DNA of 64,000 nucleotides from Hyalangium minutum (lineage in GTDB: Bacteria; Myxococcota; Myxococcia; Myxococcales; Myxococcaceae), in assembly GCF_000737315.1 (NCBI RefSeq), contig NZ_JMCB01000003.1, positions 25,394 through 89,393 on the forward strand, given 5' to 3'. Positions 19,413 through 30,823 of the stretch are shown in pieces (the first letter of the stretch is position 1; every line of letters starts with the position of its first letter). Made by a program: the position numbers and the translations under genes. Below the pieces are notes generated by a model that saw only the letters and a program-made list of their open reading frames with translations, did no database searches and was not told where the DNA came from.

Positions 19413-21833
19413 ATGAAATCCGCCCTTTCGCTGATTGCCCTCGTTTCTTTCGCGCAGCTGGCCTCGGCCCAGCCGGTGGCCGATGCCCCGGCCACGGCTC
19501 CGCAGCCGCGCACTGACGGCGCGCCGCCCGAGGCGCAGCTGCGTCCCCTCCCGGACACGGAGACGGCACCGCTGCCCCCCGGCTACGTGGAGATCTTCAA
19601 CCCCGCGTTCCCGCTGCCCGTGGTGATGGCGCCTCCCGCCAAGAAGGAGGAGGCCAAGGCAGAGGTTCCGCGCGGCAAGGCCTACGGGCTGGACGAGCTG
19701 ACGCCGTACTTCGCCGCGGGCAAGAAGAAGGAGGCCAAGGCCGCCTTCGACAAGGGCTTCTACCTGAAGGCCCGGGAGCTGCTGCAGGACGAGGGCAACT
19801 CGGCGCCGGTGCGTTACCTGCGGGCGCTGAGCGCGGTGCGCGCGGGAGATGATGTCCGCGCGGCCAGCGAGATGGCCTCCCTGGCGGAGGACTACCCGGC
19901 GCTGCGGGATCGCTGCCTCACGCACGCGGGCATGGCGCTCGAGGATCTGAGCCGCTTCGACGAGGCGGCGAAGCTGCTCGACCAGGTGTCGCAGGACTCG
20001 AAGCTGTACGTGGATGCGCGGCTGGCGCTCGGGCGCGTGCTGCGCAAGAAGAAGGACTACGACGGGGCCATGGCCGCGCTCACGCCGCTGGCGGATCGGC
20101 CCGCGCCGCTGTTCGGCCGCAACGTGGGTGCCGAGGCGCTCATGGCCATCGCCGACATCGCGGTGGAGAAGAAGGATCGCAAGCGCGAGCAGGAGGCGCT
20201 GTGGCGGCTGTGGTCCCTGTACCCGCTCTCGCCGCTGACCAAGCAGGCCGATCGTCGGCTCAAGGGCATCAAGCCCCCGGTGGACGCCCAGGTGGCGCGC
20301 GCCGAGCAGCTCATCGAGCTGCACCGCAACAAGCAGGGCCTCACGGTGCTGGAGCCGCTGCTGACTGCGCTGGCGCTGCCGGATCCGCTCGCCTGCCGCG
20401 CGCACTTCGCCTACGGCAAGGGCCAGCGCAAGGAGCGCAACCACACGAAGGCCATCTCCGTGCTCACGCCGGTGGTGGACAAGTGCCAGGATGCGGATCT
20501 GCTGCCGCGCGCCATGTACGTGCTGGGCTCCTCGCGCTCCATCGTGGACCAGAAGCGTGGCCCGGAGACGTACGAGCGGCTCGCGCGCGAGTTCCCCGGC
20601 CACTCCTTCGCGGACGACGCGCTGTTCTACGCCGCTGACCTGTACGTGAAGACGGATCGGCCGGGGCAGGCCCTGGAGCGGCTCCAGGAGCTGGAGAAGA
20701 ACTATCCGCAGGGCGACTTCCTGGGCGAGGCGCTCTTCAAGGCGTACTGGATTGCACGCACCTCGAAGGTGCCGGACGGCGGGCTGCCCATCCTGGAGCG
20801 CATCGAGAAGCGCTTCGCTGACGCGGACGAGACGTACGACGTGGAGCGGGCCCAGTACTGGCGGGCGCGGACATTCCTGGAGCGCGGCAACAGCAAGGAC
20901 GCCGTGGCCCTCTTCGAGCGGCTCGCGCTGGAGCACCCGGCCACGTACTACGGGCTGATGGCCCGTGCGCAGCTGGGCGAGATGGACAAGGAGCGCTTGG
21001 AGAGCATCGGTCCGCAGCTGGTGTTCACCGCGGAGCGTGCCAGCCCGTGGCCTCTGCACACCGGTCCCGCCATGGAGAAGGATCCGCACTTCCTGGCGGC
21101 CGTGGAGCTGCTGCGCCTGGGCTTCCCCGAGGCCGTGTCCTCCGAGCTGCTCGCCGTCAACCGCAACGGCCTGCCCACCGAGCCCGTGCGGCTCATCGTT
21201 CATCTGCTCTCGATGGCGGGGGACCAGCGCGCGGCGCACGCCGTGGCGCGCGTGTCCCTGCGCAGGGATCTCAGCGGCCGCATCACTCCGGAGACGCGGC
21301 CGGTCTGGGAGATCGCCTATCCGAATGCGTACCGCGAGCTGATCGAGAAGCACACGAAGGAGGCCGGGGTGGAGCCGGATCTCCTGCAGGCGCTAATGCG
21401 CGAGGAGAGCGCGCTGGACCCCAAGGCCCTGTCGTGGGCGGGAGCGCTGGGGCTCACCCAGCTGATGCCCACCACGGCGAAGGCGGTCGCGCAACAGTTG
21501 AAGATCAAGCGCTTCCGCGTGGAGTCCCTGCTGGATCCGGACATGAACATCCGCATCGGCGCGCACCACCTGGGCGAGCTGGTGAAGAAGTTCGGCGGCA
21601 ACGCGCCGTTCGCGGTGGGCAGCTACAACGCCGGCGCCGGAGCGGTGAACCGCTGGCGCTCCGAGCGCAGGGGCATGCCGCTGGATGCGTGGGTGGAAGA
21701 GGTGCCGATCGCGGAGACGCGCGGCTACATCAAGCGCGTGCTGCGCTCCTACAACACCTACCAGCTCCTCTATGGCCGTCCGGCCAAGGCCTCTGCGGTG
21801 AAGTCCGCGGGCCTAGTACCGGGGGCTCGCTAG
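19413..21833 (+). CDS. Soluble lytic murein transglycosylase (Slt70-like; superhelical N-domain plus C-terminal SLT domain)
   Basis: Signal peptide 'MKSALSLIALVSFAQLASA'. The SLT catalytic region reads 'EESALDPKALSWAGALGLTQLMPTTA'. Confidence 0.85.
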   Translation: MKSALSLIALVSFAQLASAQPVADAPATAPQPRTDGAPPEAQLRPLPDTETAPLPPGYVEIFNPAFPLPVVMAPPAKKEEAKAEVPRGKAYGLDELTPYFAAGKKKEAKAAFDKGFYLKARELLQDEGNSAPVRYLRALSAVRAGDDVRAASEMASLAEDYPALRDRCLTHAGMALEDLSRFDEAAKLLDQVSQDSKLYVDARLALGRVLRKKKDYDGAMAALTPLADRPAPLFGRNVGAEALMAIADIAVEKKDRKREQEALWRLWSLYPLSPLTKQADRRLKGIKPPVDAQVARAEQLIELHRNKQGLTVLEPLLTALALPDPLACRAHFAYGKGQRKERNHTKAISVLTPVVDKCQDADLLPRAMYVLGSSRSIVDQKRGPETYERLAREFPGHSFADDALFYAADLYVKTDRPGQALERLQELEKNYPQGDFLGEALFKAYWIARTSKVPDGGLPILERIEKRFADADETYDVERAQYWRARTFLERGNSKDAVALFERLALEHPATYYGLMARAQLGEMDKERLESIGPQLVFTAERASPWPLHTGPAMEKDPHFLAAVELLRLGFPEAVSSELLAVNRNGLPTEPVRLIVHLLSMAGDQRAAHAVARVSLRRDLSGRITPETRPVWEIAYPNAYRELIEKHTKEAGVEPDLLQALMREESALDPKALSWAGALGLTQLMPTTAKAVAQQLKIKRFRVESLLDPDMNIRIGAHHLGELVKKFGGNAPFAVGSYNAGAGAVNRWRSERRGMPLDAWVEEVPIAETRGYIKRVLRSYNTYQLLYGRPAKASAVKSAGLVPGAR

Positions 21834-21866
21834 CGCGCGTGGCCCAGGTCTTCTAGACTCGGGCCC

Positions 21867-23257
<1,391 letters not shown>

Positions 23258-23261
<4 letters not shown>

Positions 23262-23851
23262 TCGAAAGTGCCGTCCTGGTTCTGAACCGGAACTACCAGC
23301 CTGTCCACGTCACTTCCGTCAAGCGCGCCTTCTCCTTGCTGTACCAGGGCGTGGCCAAGGCCATTGACGACCAGTACCGGCTCTACGAGTTCGCCGACTG
23401 GGCCGCGCTGAGCGCCACCACCGACTGCATCACCACGGTGAACCGCTCCATCCGCGTGCCCCGCGTGCTGGTGCTCTCTGTCTACGAGTACCTCCCCAAG
23501 GGCCGGGTGCGCTTCTCACGTCTCAACATCTACGCGCGCGATCACGACACCTGCCAGTACTGCGGGCGCACCCTGCCTCGCTCGGAGCTGAACCTGGATC
23601 ACGTGCGGCCTCGCTGTGACGGAGGCAAGACGACGTGGGAGAACGTTGTCTGCTCGTGCGTGCCCTGCAACCTGAGGAAGGGCGGGCGCACCCCGGAGCA
23701 AGCAGGGATGAAGCTGCTGCGGAGACCTTTCCGCCCGAAGTGGACGCCGCTGTTCCGCGGAGCCATCCGGCGTGTCACCTACCGTGAGTGGTTGCCCTTC
23801 CTGAGGGTAGAGGACGCCTCTTACTGGAACGTGGAGCTGCTGGACGAGTAG
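23258..23851 (+). CDS. HNH endonuclease
   Basis: 'CQYCG...LDHVRPRCDGGKTTWENVVCSCVPCN' is an HNH zinc-finger motif. The start overlaps the selA stop (ATGA). Confidence 0.8.
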
Positions 23852-23993
23852 CGCGGCCCCGGTCCTCTGGGGCCGAGTGTGGCCGATTTTTCTCCGAGTG
23901 GGTCCCCGAGGGGCACGGATGCGTCCGTGCTCCAGACATCCGGGCCGAGGCTCGCCCCCCATGGCGAGCCCTGCGGCAGGGAAGGGGACACAC

Positions 23994-25646
23994 GTGAAAC
24001 AGAATCGGTTGCTGATGCTGGGCGCGCTCGCGATCGTCTTCAGCCTCGTGGGCTGTGACTGCGGCGGCGGAGATTCGAAGCCTCCCATCGAGGAGCCGGA
24101 CGGCGGTACCACTCCCTCGGATGGGGGAACGGACATCCCCGACGGAGGCCCCGGCTCGGTGTGCCTGGCGCAGGGGGCGGCGTGCAGCCGGACCTCGGGG
24201 GCCCAGTGCTGTAACGGCGTGTGCGGCGCGGACAATGTGTGTCCGGCGCCCAATGAGCTCTGCAAGAGCCCCAACGAGGTCTGCCAGACGGGCGGCGAGT
24301 GCTGCACCAATATCTGCTCGAACGGCAAGTGTGCCTCCAACCTGTGCAAGGACGTGGGCCAGGCCTGCGCCACCGCCGAGGACTGCTGCACCAAGACATG
24401 CACCGGCGGCACGTGTGCGAACGTCCCCGGCAACGTCTCCAGCTGCAAGGTGCTGGGCCAGGCTTGCGCCTCGGGCGCGGAGTGCTGCTCCACCAACTGC
24501 CAGGGCGGCGTGTGCACCCGCGCCTATACCTGCAAGGCCTACGGGGACGTGTGCCTCACGGACGCGGAGTGCTGCGGCCAGTCGTGCTCCTCGCCGGACG
24601 GTGTCACGGCGGGCCGCTGCGAGTTCATCACCGGCGGTGGTGGCGGTGGCTGTCGGCAGGACGGCAACCCGTGCTCGGGTGGCTCCGGGTGCTGCTCGCG
24701 CACCTGCGTGGATCTGGGCTACGGCGCCACGGTCTGCCAGCCCGTGGGGGGCTGCAAGCTCACGGGTAACGCCTGCAACGCGGCCAATGACTGCTGCGGC
24801 GGCGGGACCAACCCCAACGGCTCGGTGACGTGCGCGGGGGGACGGTGCGACAACGGCCAGAGCTGCAACGGCGTGGGCAACATCTGCGGCTCCGGCAAGC
24901 TGCCGGATGGTGGCACCACGGACATCAACGCCTCGCAGAACTGCTGCGACGGCCGCAAGAACGTCTGCAAGGTGGACTCCTCGGGCGTGCCCCGCTGCTT
25001 CGGCGGCGGCAGTACCCAGTGCCCTACGGGCTACACGGGCACCGCGCCGTGCTGCATCAACGATGGCCAGAACTGCCAGTTCTCCGACCAGTGCTGCGGT
25101 GACGCCCTCTGCCTGCCCAACGGCAGCGGCGGGCTGAGCTGCCAGCGGCCCACGTGCTCGCCGGTGGGGGCTCCCTGCACCTCCGAGGCTGGCGGCACCT
25201 CGGCCTGCTGCGCGGGCTCCAGCTGCTTGCCGGTGGACGAGCTCAACTTCGCCTGCCAGGCCCCCCGGCCGCCCACCAGCGGCACGGATGGCGGCACCGG
25301 CGGGACTCCGGACGCGGGGCCGGCGTGTAAGGCCAACGAGACGGCCTGCACCTCGCCCTCGCAGTGCTGCTCGGGCATCTGCACGGGCGGTCTGTGCAAG
25401 CCGCCCGCCCTGTGCCAGCCGCAGAACGGGGCCTGCACCTCGGGGGCGGACTGTTGCCAGGGGCTGCGGTGCGACGTGCCGTCCGGCTCCACGACGGGCA
25501 CCTGCCAGCCGGGCGCCGCATGCTCGGCCAGCGGCCAGGCGTGCTCGCCCTCGGTGGGCTGCTGCTCCGGCCTCAGCTGCGAGACGGCCTCCGGGACCGC
25601 CTGCGACGGCACCTCGGCGTGCCTCTGCATGGTGATCCTCAACTAG
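23994..25646 (+). CDS. Lipoprotein composed of about 15 myxococcal Cys-rich repeats
   Basis: Lipobox 'FSLVGC'. The ~30-aa unit 'C..G..CC...C.GG.C' recurs throughout. The GTG start at 23994 has a 'GGAAGGGGA' SD sequence upstream. Confidence 0.75.
   Translation: MKQNRLLMLGALAIVFSLVGCDCGGGDSKPPIEEPDGGTTPSDGGTDIPDGGPGSVCLAQGAACSRTSGAQCCNGVCGADNVCPAPNELCKSPNEVCQTGGECCTNICSNGKCASNLCKDVGQACATAEDCCTKTCTGGTCANVPGNVSSCKVLGQACASGAECCSTNCQGGVCTRAYTCKAYGDVCLTDAECCGQSCSSPDGVTAGRCEFITGGGGGGCRQDGNPCSGGSGCCSRTCVDLGYGATVCQPVGGCKLTGNACNAANDCCGGGTNPNGSVTCAGGRCDNGQSCNGVGNICGSGKLPDGGTTDINASQNCCDGRKNVCKVDSSGVPRCFGGGSTQCPTGYTGTAPCCINDGQNCQFSDQCCGDALCLPNGSGGLSCQRPTCSPVGAPCTSEAGGTSACCAGSSCLPVDELNFACQAPRPPTSGTDGGTGGTPDAGPACKANETACTSPSQCCSGICTGGLCKPPALCQPQNGACTSGADCCQGLRCDVPSGSTTGTCQPGAACSASGQACSPSVGCCSGLSCETASGTACDGTSACLCMVILN
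24050..25620 (+). repeat. Tandem in-frame repeats encoding Cys-rich modules
   Basis: Periodic 'TGC TGC' / 'GGC GGC' codon patterns recur about every 90 nt. Confidence 0.6.
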
Positions 25647-25688
25647 TCGTGCCGAGGAGTCGACGCGGAGGGCGGGACGGGTTTTGAT

Positions 25689-26705
25689 GTGGGCGCTTTG
25701 AAGCCCGCACCTGTTCCCTCCGCGTCGGTCTCTCCCACTCCTTCACCCATCCCCGGTCCGCCGGGGCTCTCCAAGCGCGCGCGCCCTCGGCGGGTCATCG
25801 CCGTGGGCGGCGGCAAGGGGGGCATCGGCAAGACGCTCGTGTCGGCCAACTTGGGCATTGCCCTGGCGCAGGCGGGCATGCGCGTGCTGCTGGTGGACGT
25901 CGACCTGGGCGGCGCCAACCTCCACACCTGTCTCGGGGTGGGCCAACCGAACGCGACGCTGTCGGACTTCGTCCGCAGCAGCAAGGTCCAGATCGAGGAC
26001 ATCATCATCCCCACCGGTGTGCCCCAGCTGTCGCTGATCGCGGGCGCCCAGGACGCGCTGGACGCGGCCAACCTCAAGTACGCCCAGAAGCAGAAGCTGC
26101 AGCGCGCGCTCATGGCCCAGCAGGTGGACTACCTGCTGCTGGATCTGGGGGCGGGCACCAGCTTCAACACCCTGGATTTCTTCCTGATGGCGGACCACGG
26201 CGTGCTGGTGGTGCTGCCCGAGCCCACCGCCGTGGAGAACGCCTACCGCTTCGTCAAGGCGGCCTTCTTCCGCCGGCTGCAACAGGTGGAGGCGCAGTAC
26301 GGCATCGAAGACCTGGTGGAGAGCGCTCTCACCACGCGCGAGGGGGCCCTGCGCACGCCGCATGACTTCATCGCTCAGGTGCGCCAGCATGATCCCAACG
26401 CGGGCGCCCGGCTGGAGCGGGATCTGCAGTCGTTCCGCATCCGCCTGGTGGTGAACCAGGCCCGCACGGACGCGGACATGAACGTGGGCACCGCGGTGGT
26501 GTCCGCTTGGAAGAAGTTCTTCGGCCTGGAGATGGATGAGCTGGGAGCCATCCGGTACGACGACGAGGCCTGGCGCGCGGTGCGCAAGCGCAGGCCCATC
26601 CTCCTCGAGCGTCCCGACTCGGCCGCCGCCCAGGGACTTCAGCGCATCGCTGCGCGTATCCTGACCCTCGATAGCCCCGGAAGCGCCGGGTTTTCCACGC
26701 CATGA
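25689..26705 (+). CDS. MinD/ParA-family P-loop ATPase with an N-terminal Pro-rich extension
   Basis: Deviant Walker A 'GGGKGGIGKT', then 'LLVDVDLGGANL'. Confidence 0.8.
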   Translation: MGALKPAPVPSASVSPTPSPIPGPPGLSKRARPRRVIAVGGGKGGIGKTLVSANLGIALAQAGMRVLLVDVDLGGANLHTCLGVGQPNATLSDFVRSSKVQIEDIIIPTGVPQLSLIAGAQDALDAANLKYAQKQKLQRALMAQQVDYLLLDLGAGTSFNTLDFFLMADHGVLVVLPEPTAVENAYRFVKAAFFRRLQQVEAQYGIEDLVESALTTREGALRTPHDFIAQVRQHDPNAGARLERDLQSFRIRLVVNQARTDADMNVGTAVVSAWKKFFGLEMDELGAIRYDDEAWRAVRKRRPILLERPDSAAAQGLQRIAARILTLDSPGSAGFSTP

Positions 26706-28279
26706 AGCCTTTCGAGCAGCAGACCTATTACGAGCTCCTCGAGATCCCCGTCTCCGCGCCGGACGAGGAGATCCGCGCCGCTTACACCCGGGCCCTCGAG
26801 ACGTACGCGCCTGACTCCGTCGCGGTGTACGCCCTGGTGGATCCTGGCCAGGTCGATGCTTTGCGCGCCCGGCTCACCGAGGCGATGGAGATCCTCACCG
26901 AGCCGGACCTCCGCGCCGAGTATGACCGGATGATCGGCGTGAGCCGCGCCGACTCGAGTGCCGTGAAGGCCCTGACCCCCGCGCTGGCCGCGGCTGCTCA
27001 GTCCGTCCCGTCCCAGGAGACTTCCCAGCCTCCCGCCGCTCCAGCGCCCGAGGCCGCTCCTGCGGCGCAGACGCCCGCTTCCGCGGTGGTGGCGGCTCCC
27101 TCCGCGCCTGAGCCCGCCCCGGCGGCTGCTGCTTCGGCTGCTTCGGCTCCCACTCCCACCGCTTCGTCTGCCCCGGCCTCCACGCCTCCCCAGGCTGAGC
27201 CTGTCGCAGCCCCTGCGCCCGCTGCGCCTGCGGTTGCCGCACCCACGCTTGCCGTGCCCGAGGCTCCGTTGGGGATGCCGGGGATCGTCACGCCGAGCCA
27301 GGTCCATGCGGCGTTCCGCAGCTATGCCATTTCGTATGTGCCCGTGCTGGTGCCCGCGCCCGCGCTGATCAGCACCGCGGTCGCCTCGCCGTTCGTGGCC
27401 TCGGGGCAGGCAGAGGCGGCACCTCCCGCACCGGAGGCACCGGCTGCCGCGCCCGCGGCTCCGGCTCCCGAGGCTGTCGCGGCCCGGGCCGTCGAGCCGG
27501 TACCTCCCGCAGCTGCTCCTGCGAGCACGGCCAGCGCAGCACCTCAGAGTGCAACGAGCACTCCCGCCGCCACGTCCGTTGCATCCTCTGAGCCTGCCGC
27601 TGTTTCCACACCCGCCCCCGCGCCGGTGGCTGCCTCGCCAGCGCCTGCCCAGGTGCGGGTGAACGACGAGGACGAGGTCTCCGGAGTCCGGGCCCCGCTG
27701 CCCGAGCGGAAGGAGACGCCTGCCGCGGCCTCGCAGCCCACAGCCACGCCTCCCGCGCCGCCCGAGCGCCTCACGCGGCCTGTTCCCACGCCGCCGCCGC
27801 TGCCTCCCGGAGGCCGCCGCCCCGCGCGCCCGGCCGGCCCACCGACGCCCGTTCCCAGGGCTGACGCAGGGAAGGGGAGCGCGCGTCCGGGCTCGGGTCC
27901 GGGCATGGACCTCGAGGAGGCTCAGCAGATCGCCCAGGAGACCGCCATCGCCACGGCGGAGGCGGCGCTCGCCCAGGTGGCCGCCAAGGCGCGTGAGCCG
28001 AGGCCCAAGCCCATCGAGCTGCCCCCCAACACCGAGTTCAACGGCGAGGTGCTCCGGCAGGTCCGCGAGAGCCGGGGCCTGTCGCTCTCGCAGCTCGCCG
28101 AGCGCACGCGCATCTCCAGCAAGCACCTGGAGAATGTCGAGGCGGACCGCTACACCGCGCTCCCCGCCACCGTGTACCTGCGCGGCATCCTCATGAACAT
28201 CGCCCGCGAGCTCGGGTTGGATCCGCTCAAGGTCTCCCGGAGCTATCTGACTCTGGCCGCAGGGCCGAAGAAGAAGTAG
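26702..28279 (+). CDS. J-domain protein with a long Pro/Ala-rich linker and a C-terminal RodZ-like helix-turn-helix
   Basis: 'YYELLEIPVSAPDEEIRAAY' is J-domain-like. 'LRQVRESRGLSLSQLAERTRISSKHLENVEADRYTALPATVYLRGIL' is an HTH_25/RodZ-type HTH. Overlaps the upstream ATPase gene (ATGA). Confidence 0.7.
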   Translation: MKPFEQQTYYELLEIPVSAPDEEIRAAYTRALETYAPDSVAVYALVDPGQVDALRARLTEAMEILTEPDLRAEYDRMIGVSRADSSAVKALTPALAAAAQSVPSQETSQPPAAPAPEAAPAAQTPASAVVAAPSAPEPAPAAAASAASAPTPTASSAPASTPPQAEPVAAPAPAAPAVAAPTLAVPEAPLGMPGIVTPSQVHAAFRSYAISYVPVLVPAPALISTAVASPFVASGQAEAAPPAPEAPAAAPAAPAPEAVAARAVEPVPPAAAPASTASAAPQSATSTPAATSVASSEPAAVSTPAPAPVAASPAPAQVRVNDEDEVSGVRAPLPERKETPAAASQPTATPPAPPERLTRPVPTPPPLPPGGRRPARPAGPPTPVPRADAGKGSARPGSGPGMDLEEAQQIAQETAIATAEAALAQVAAKAREPRPKPIELPPNTEFNGEVLRQVRESRGLSLSQLAERTRISSKHLENVEADRYTALPATVYLRGILMNIARELGLDPLKVSRSYLTLAAGPKKK

Positions 28280-28358
28280 TCGGCGCACAACGGCAGGCGT
28301 GGTAGGACTTGCCGTTAAAGTTGACTGGCCGCATTTCCGTCCCTATGAAAGAAGCGCA

Positions 28359-28622
28359 ATGACAGAGGAAGAAAAGGTCAAAGCGATGCGGCTCGCCCGC
28401 GCCATTGCCTCGGACATCTCGCTCTACAACGAGCAGAAGATCATCAAGGGCATTGAGCAGGACAACCTCTTCGAGGTCCTCAAGGACGAGCTCGACGAGG
28501 GGCGTGAGCTCTACAAGAGCCGCGTGAGCGCCGAGATCTTCACGAAGACGAACTTCTTCGAGCGGGCCATCAACGACATCGTCCTGCGCTCCAAGGCGCA
28601 CGTGAAGTCGAAGATTTGGTAG
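28359..28622 (+). CDS. Small conserved hypothetical protein
   Basis: Coding-like 87-aa ORF whose stop overlaps the TTG start of the rluD-like gene. Confidence 0.5.
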   Translation: MTEEEKVKAMRLARAIASDISLYNEQKIIKGIEQDNLFEVLKDELDEGRELYKSRVSAEIFTKTNFFERAINDIVLRSKAHVKSKIW

Positions 28623-29557
28623 CTCCCGAAGCGCGCGAGCACCAGGCCCCGCCCGAGGCCCGTGGCGAGCGGCTGGATCAGCACCTCGCGCGCGCCCATC
28701 CCGATCTCACCCGGTCCCGTCTCCAGGGGCTCATCGAGGCGGGCCACGTCCAGGTGGACGGCCGGCCCGCGAAGGCCTCGCTGCGGCTGCGCGGCGGTGA
28801 GCGGCTCTCCCTCCACATCCCCGCGCCCGTGGCGGCCGTGCCGGTGGCCGAAGCGCTGCCGATCGACGTGCTCCACGAGGATCGGGATCTCGTCGTGGTG
28901 AACAAGGCGGCGGGCATGGTGGTGCACCCGGGGGCGGGGCACGCCTCGGGGACGCTGGTCAACGCGCTGCTGCACCGGGTGAAGGATCTGGCCGGAGTGG
29001 GCGGCGAGCTGCGGCCGGGCATCGTCCACCGGCTCGACAAGGACACCACGGGGTGCCTCGTGGTGGCGAAGAACGAGCGGACGCTCGTGGCGCTGCAGAA
29101 GGCCTTCAAGACGCGCGCGGTGGAGAAGACGTACCTGGCGCTGGTACACGGCCACCCCAAGCCCGAGGGCCGCATCGAGACGCTGTACGGGCGCCACCCG
29201 GTGCACCGGCAGAAGTTCACCGGCAAAGTCAAAGAGGGCAAGCCCGCGATCACGGTGTACCGGACGCGCGAGCTCTTCGAGGGCGCCGCGCTCGTCGAGG
29301 TGGACCTGCTGACGGGCCGCACGCACCAGATCCGCGTGCACCTGGCCGAGGCGGCGCATCCGCTCTTGTGCGATGCGTTGTACGGCGCCGGGCGCAAGGC
29401 GAAGGGGCCAGTGCTCGAGGCCCAGGAGGCGCTGGGGCGCCAGGCGCTGCACGCGTGGCGGCTCGCGTTCACGCACCCGCGGACGGGCAAGGCGCTGAAG
29501 CTGGAGGCGCCGCTGCCCGCGGACTTCGAAGCAGCAATCGCGCGTCTCCGCAATTGA
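28616..29557 (+). CDS. rluD: RluA-family 23S rRNA pseudouridine synthase (RluD-like, with N-terminal S4 domain)
   Basis: S4-like region 'RLDQHLARAHPDLTRSRLQ', and the catalytic motif 'HRLDKDTTGCLVVAKN'. Confidence 0.8.
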   Translation: MVAPEAREHQAPPEARGERLDQHLARAHPDLTRSRLQGLIEAGHVQVDGRPAKASLRLRGGERLSLHIPAPVAAVPVAEALPIDVLHEDRDLVVVNKAAGMVVHPGAGHASGTLVNALLHRVKDLAGVGGELRPGIVHRLDKDTTGCLVVAKNERTLVALQKAFKTRAVEKTYLALVHGHPKPEGRIETLYGRHPVHRQKFTGKVKEGKPAITVYRTRELFEGAALVEVDLLTGRTHQIRVHLAEAAHPLLCDALYGAGRKAKGPVLEAQEALGRQALHAWRLAFTHPRTGKALKLEAPLPADFEAAIARLRN

Positions 29558-29707
29558 ACTCCAGGGCAGGGTGCGTGCTCGCGCGGCGCGTCACTCACCC
29601 CGGGGGAGGAAGGGAGCGTCTCCCCCCAACTATCGGGTCCACATTCACTCCTCGTAAGATTCGCGTGGGCTTCGGAGCTGACGTCGGGCGCCCAGAGATC
29701 TCAAGAC

Positions 29708-30691
29708 ATGTCGCTCAAGACGCGATGGCTTGCGAGCATGTGGGGGGTGATTTTGGGAGGGATCGTCATCACGACGATCGCGAGCTCCAGCCTCAGCATC
29801 ATCGGCCTTGGGCTGCTGTTGCTGCCGCTGCTGGGGTTCATCGTCTGGAGGCTCGTCAATGACATGGTGCGTGAGCTGACGGAGACTCAGCGGCGGCTCG
29901 CCTATTCGGAGAAGATGGCCGCGGTCAGCCAGCTCGCCGCGGGCGTGGGACACGAGATCAACAACCCCATCACCTATGTCTCCGCCAATCTCGGCTTCGC
30001 CACGGAGATCCTCGCCGAGCTGAGCGGTACCTCCCGGACTGCGGACTCCCCGCCGCTGCCTCCCGAGGTGGCCGAGCAGCTCCGCGAAGTCTCCGAGGCC
30101 CTGCGGGAGGCGCAGGATGGGGCCCAGCGCGTGGCCCGCATCGTGAGGGATCTGCGCACCTTCGCTCAGCCCGGCAATGCGGCGGGGCAGCTGGTGGAGA
30201 TCCGCTCCATCATCGAGTCCGCGCTGAAGCTCGCCTCCAACCCCCTCCTGCTCCGGGCGCGTGTCTTCTGTGACTTCCAGGTGGAGATCCGGGTGAGGGC
30301 CCCCGAGGCGCGGTTGGTCCAGGTCTTCATGAACCTGCTCGTCAATGCGGCACAGGCCATTCCTCCTGGGCACGTCGAGGAGAACGAGGTCCGCGTCACC
30401 ACGTCCCTGGGGACCGAGGGCTTCATCGTGGTGGAGGTGAGTGACACGGGGCAGGGCATGCCTCCCGAGGTGCTCAAGCGGTTGTTCGAGCCCTTCTTCA
30501 CCACCAAGCCGGTGGGGCAGGGCACGGGCCTGGGGCTGTCCATCTGCCGGAACGTCATCGAGGGGATGGGGGGCACCCTGACGGTGCGTAGCACCGTGGG
30601 GAAGGGCAGCGCCTTCCGGATCACCTTGCCCGAGGCGGGGCCTCTGGGCGCGCAGTTCCCTCAGGACGCGGGGGCGGCTCTGCGCGGGTGA
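29708..30691 (+). CDS. Sensor histidine kinase (two TM helices, HisKA, HATPase_c)
   Basis: H-box 'GVGHEINNPITYV', then 'DTGQGMP' and 'GTGLGLSI'. Confidence 0.85.
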   Translation: MSLKTRWLASMWGVILGGIVITTIASSSLSIIGLGLLLLPLLGFIVWRLVNDMVRELTETQRRLAYSEKMAAVSQLAAGVGHEINNPITYVSANLGFATEILAELSGTSRTADSPPLPPEVAEQLREVSEALREAQDGAQRVARIVRDLRTFAQPGNAAGQLVEIRSIIESALKLASNPLLLRARVFCDFQVEIRVRAPEARLVQVFMNLLVNAAQAIPPGHVEENEVRVTTSLGTEGFIVVEVSDTGQGMPPEVLKRLFEPFFTTKPVGQGTGLGLSICRNVIEGMGGTLTVRSTVGKGSAFRITLPEAGPLGAQFPQDAGAALRG

Positions 30692-30804
30692 GCAGGGGCC
30701 GTGCGTTCCATGTTGGTGCACCTCGCCTCAATCTGGAGCGAGCAGGAGATCCAAACTGGACGGGAATTCCCTCGGTTCCGAGCGGCTCCCGTCTGAAACG
30801 GTGC

Positions 30805-30820
30805 AGGCACGCGGCTCGCA
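30805..30820 (+). promoter_or_regulatory. Possible sigma54 (-24/-12) promoter upstream of the MVP-like gene
   Basis: 'AGGCACGcggcTCGCA' against consensus TGGCACG-N4-TTGCA. If used, the coding start would be the GTG at 30857. Confidence 0.25.
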
Positions 30821-30823
30821 TGG

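Noticed and set aside
17926-21353. 547-aa and 651-aa minus-strand ORFs overlapping the sensor kinase and Slt genes
   Set aside because: They are off-frame or antisense, low complexity, with no motifs.
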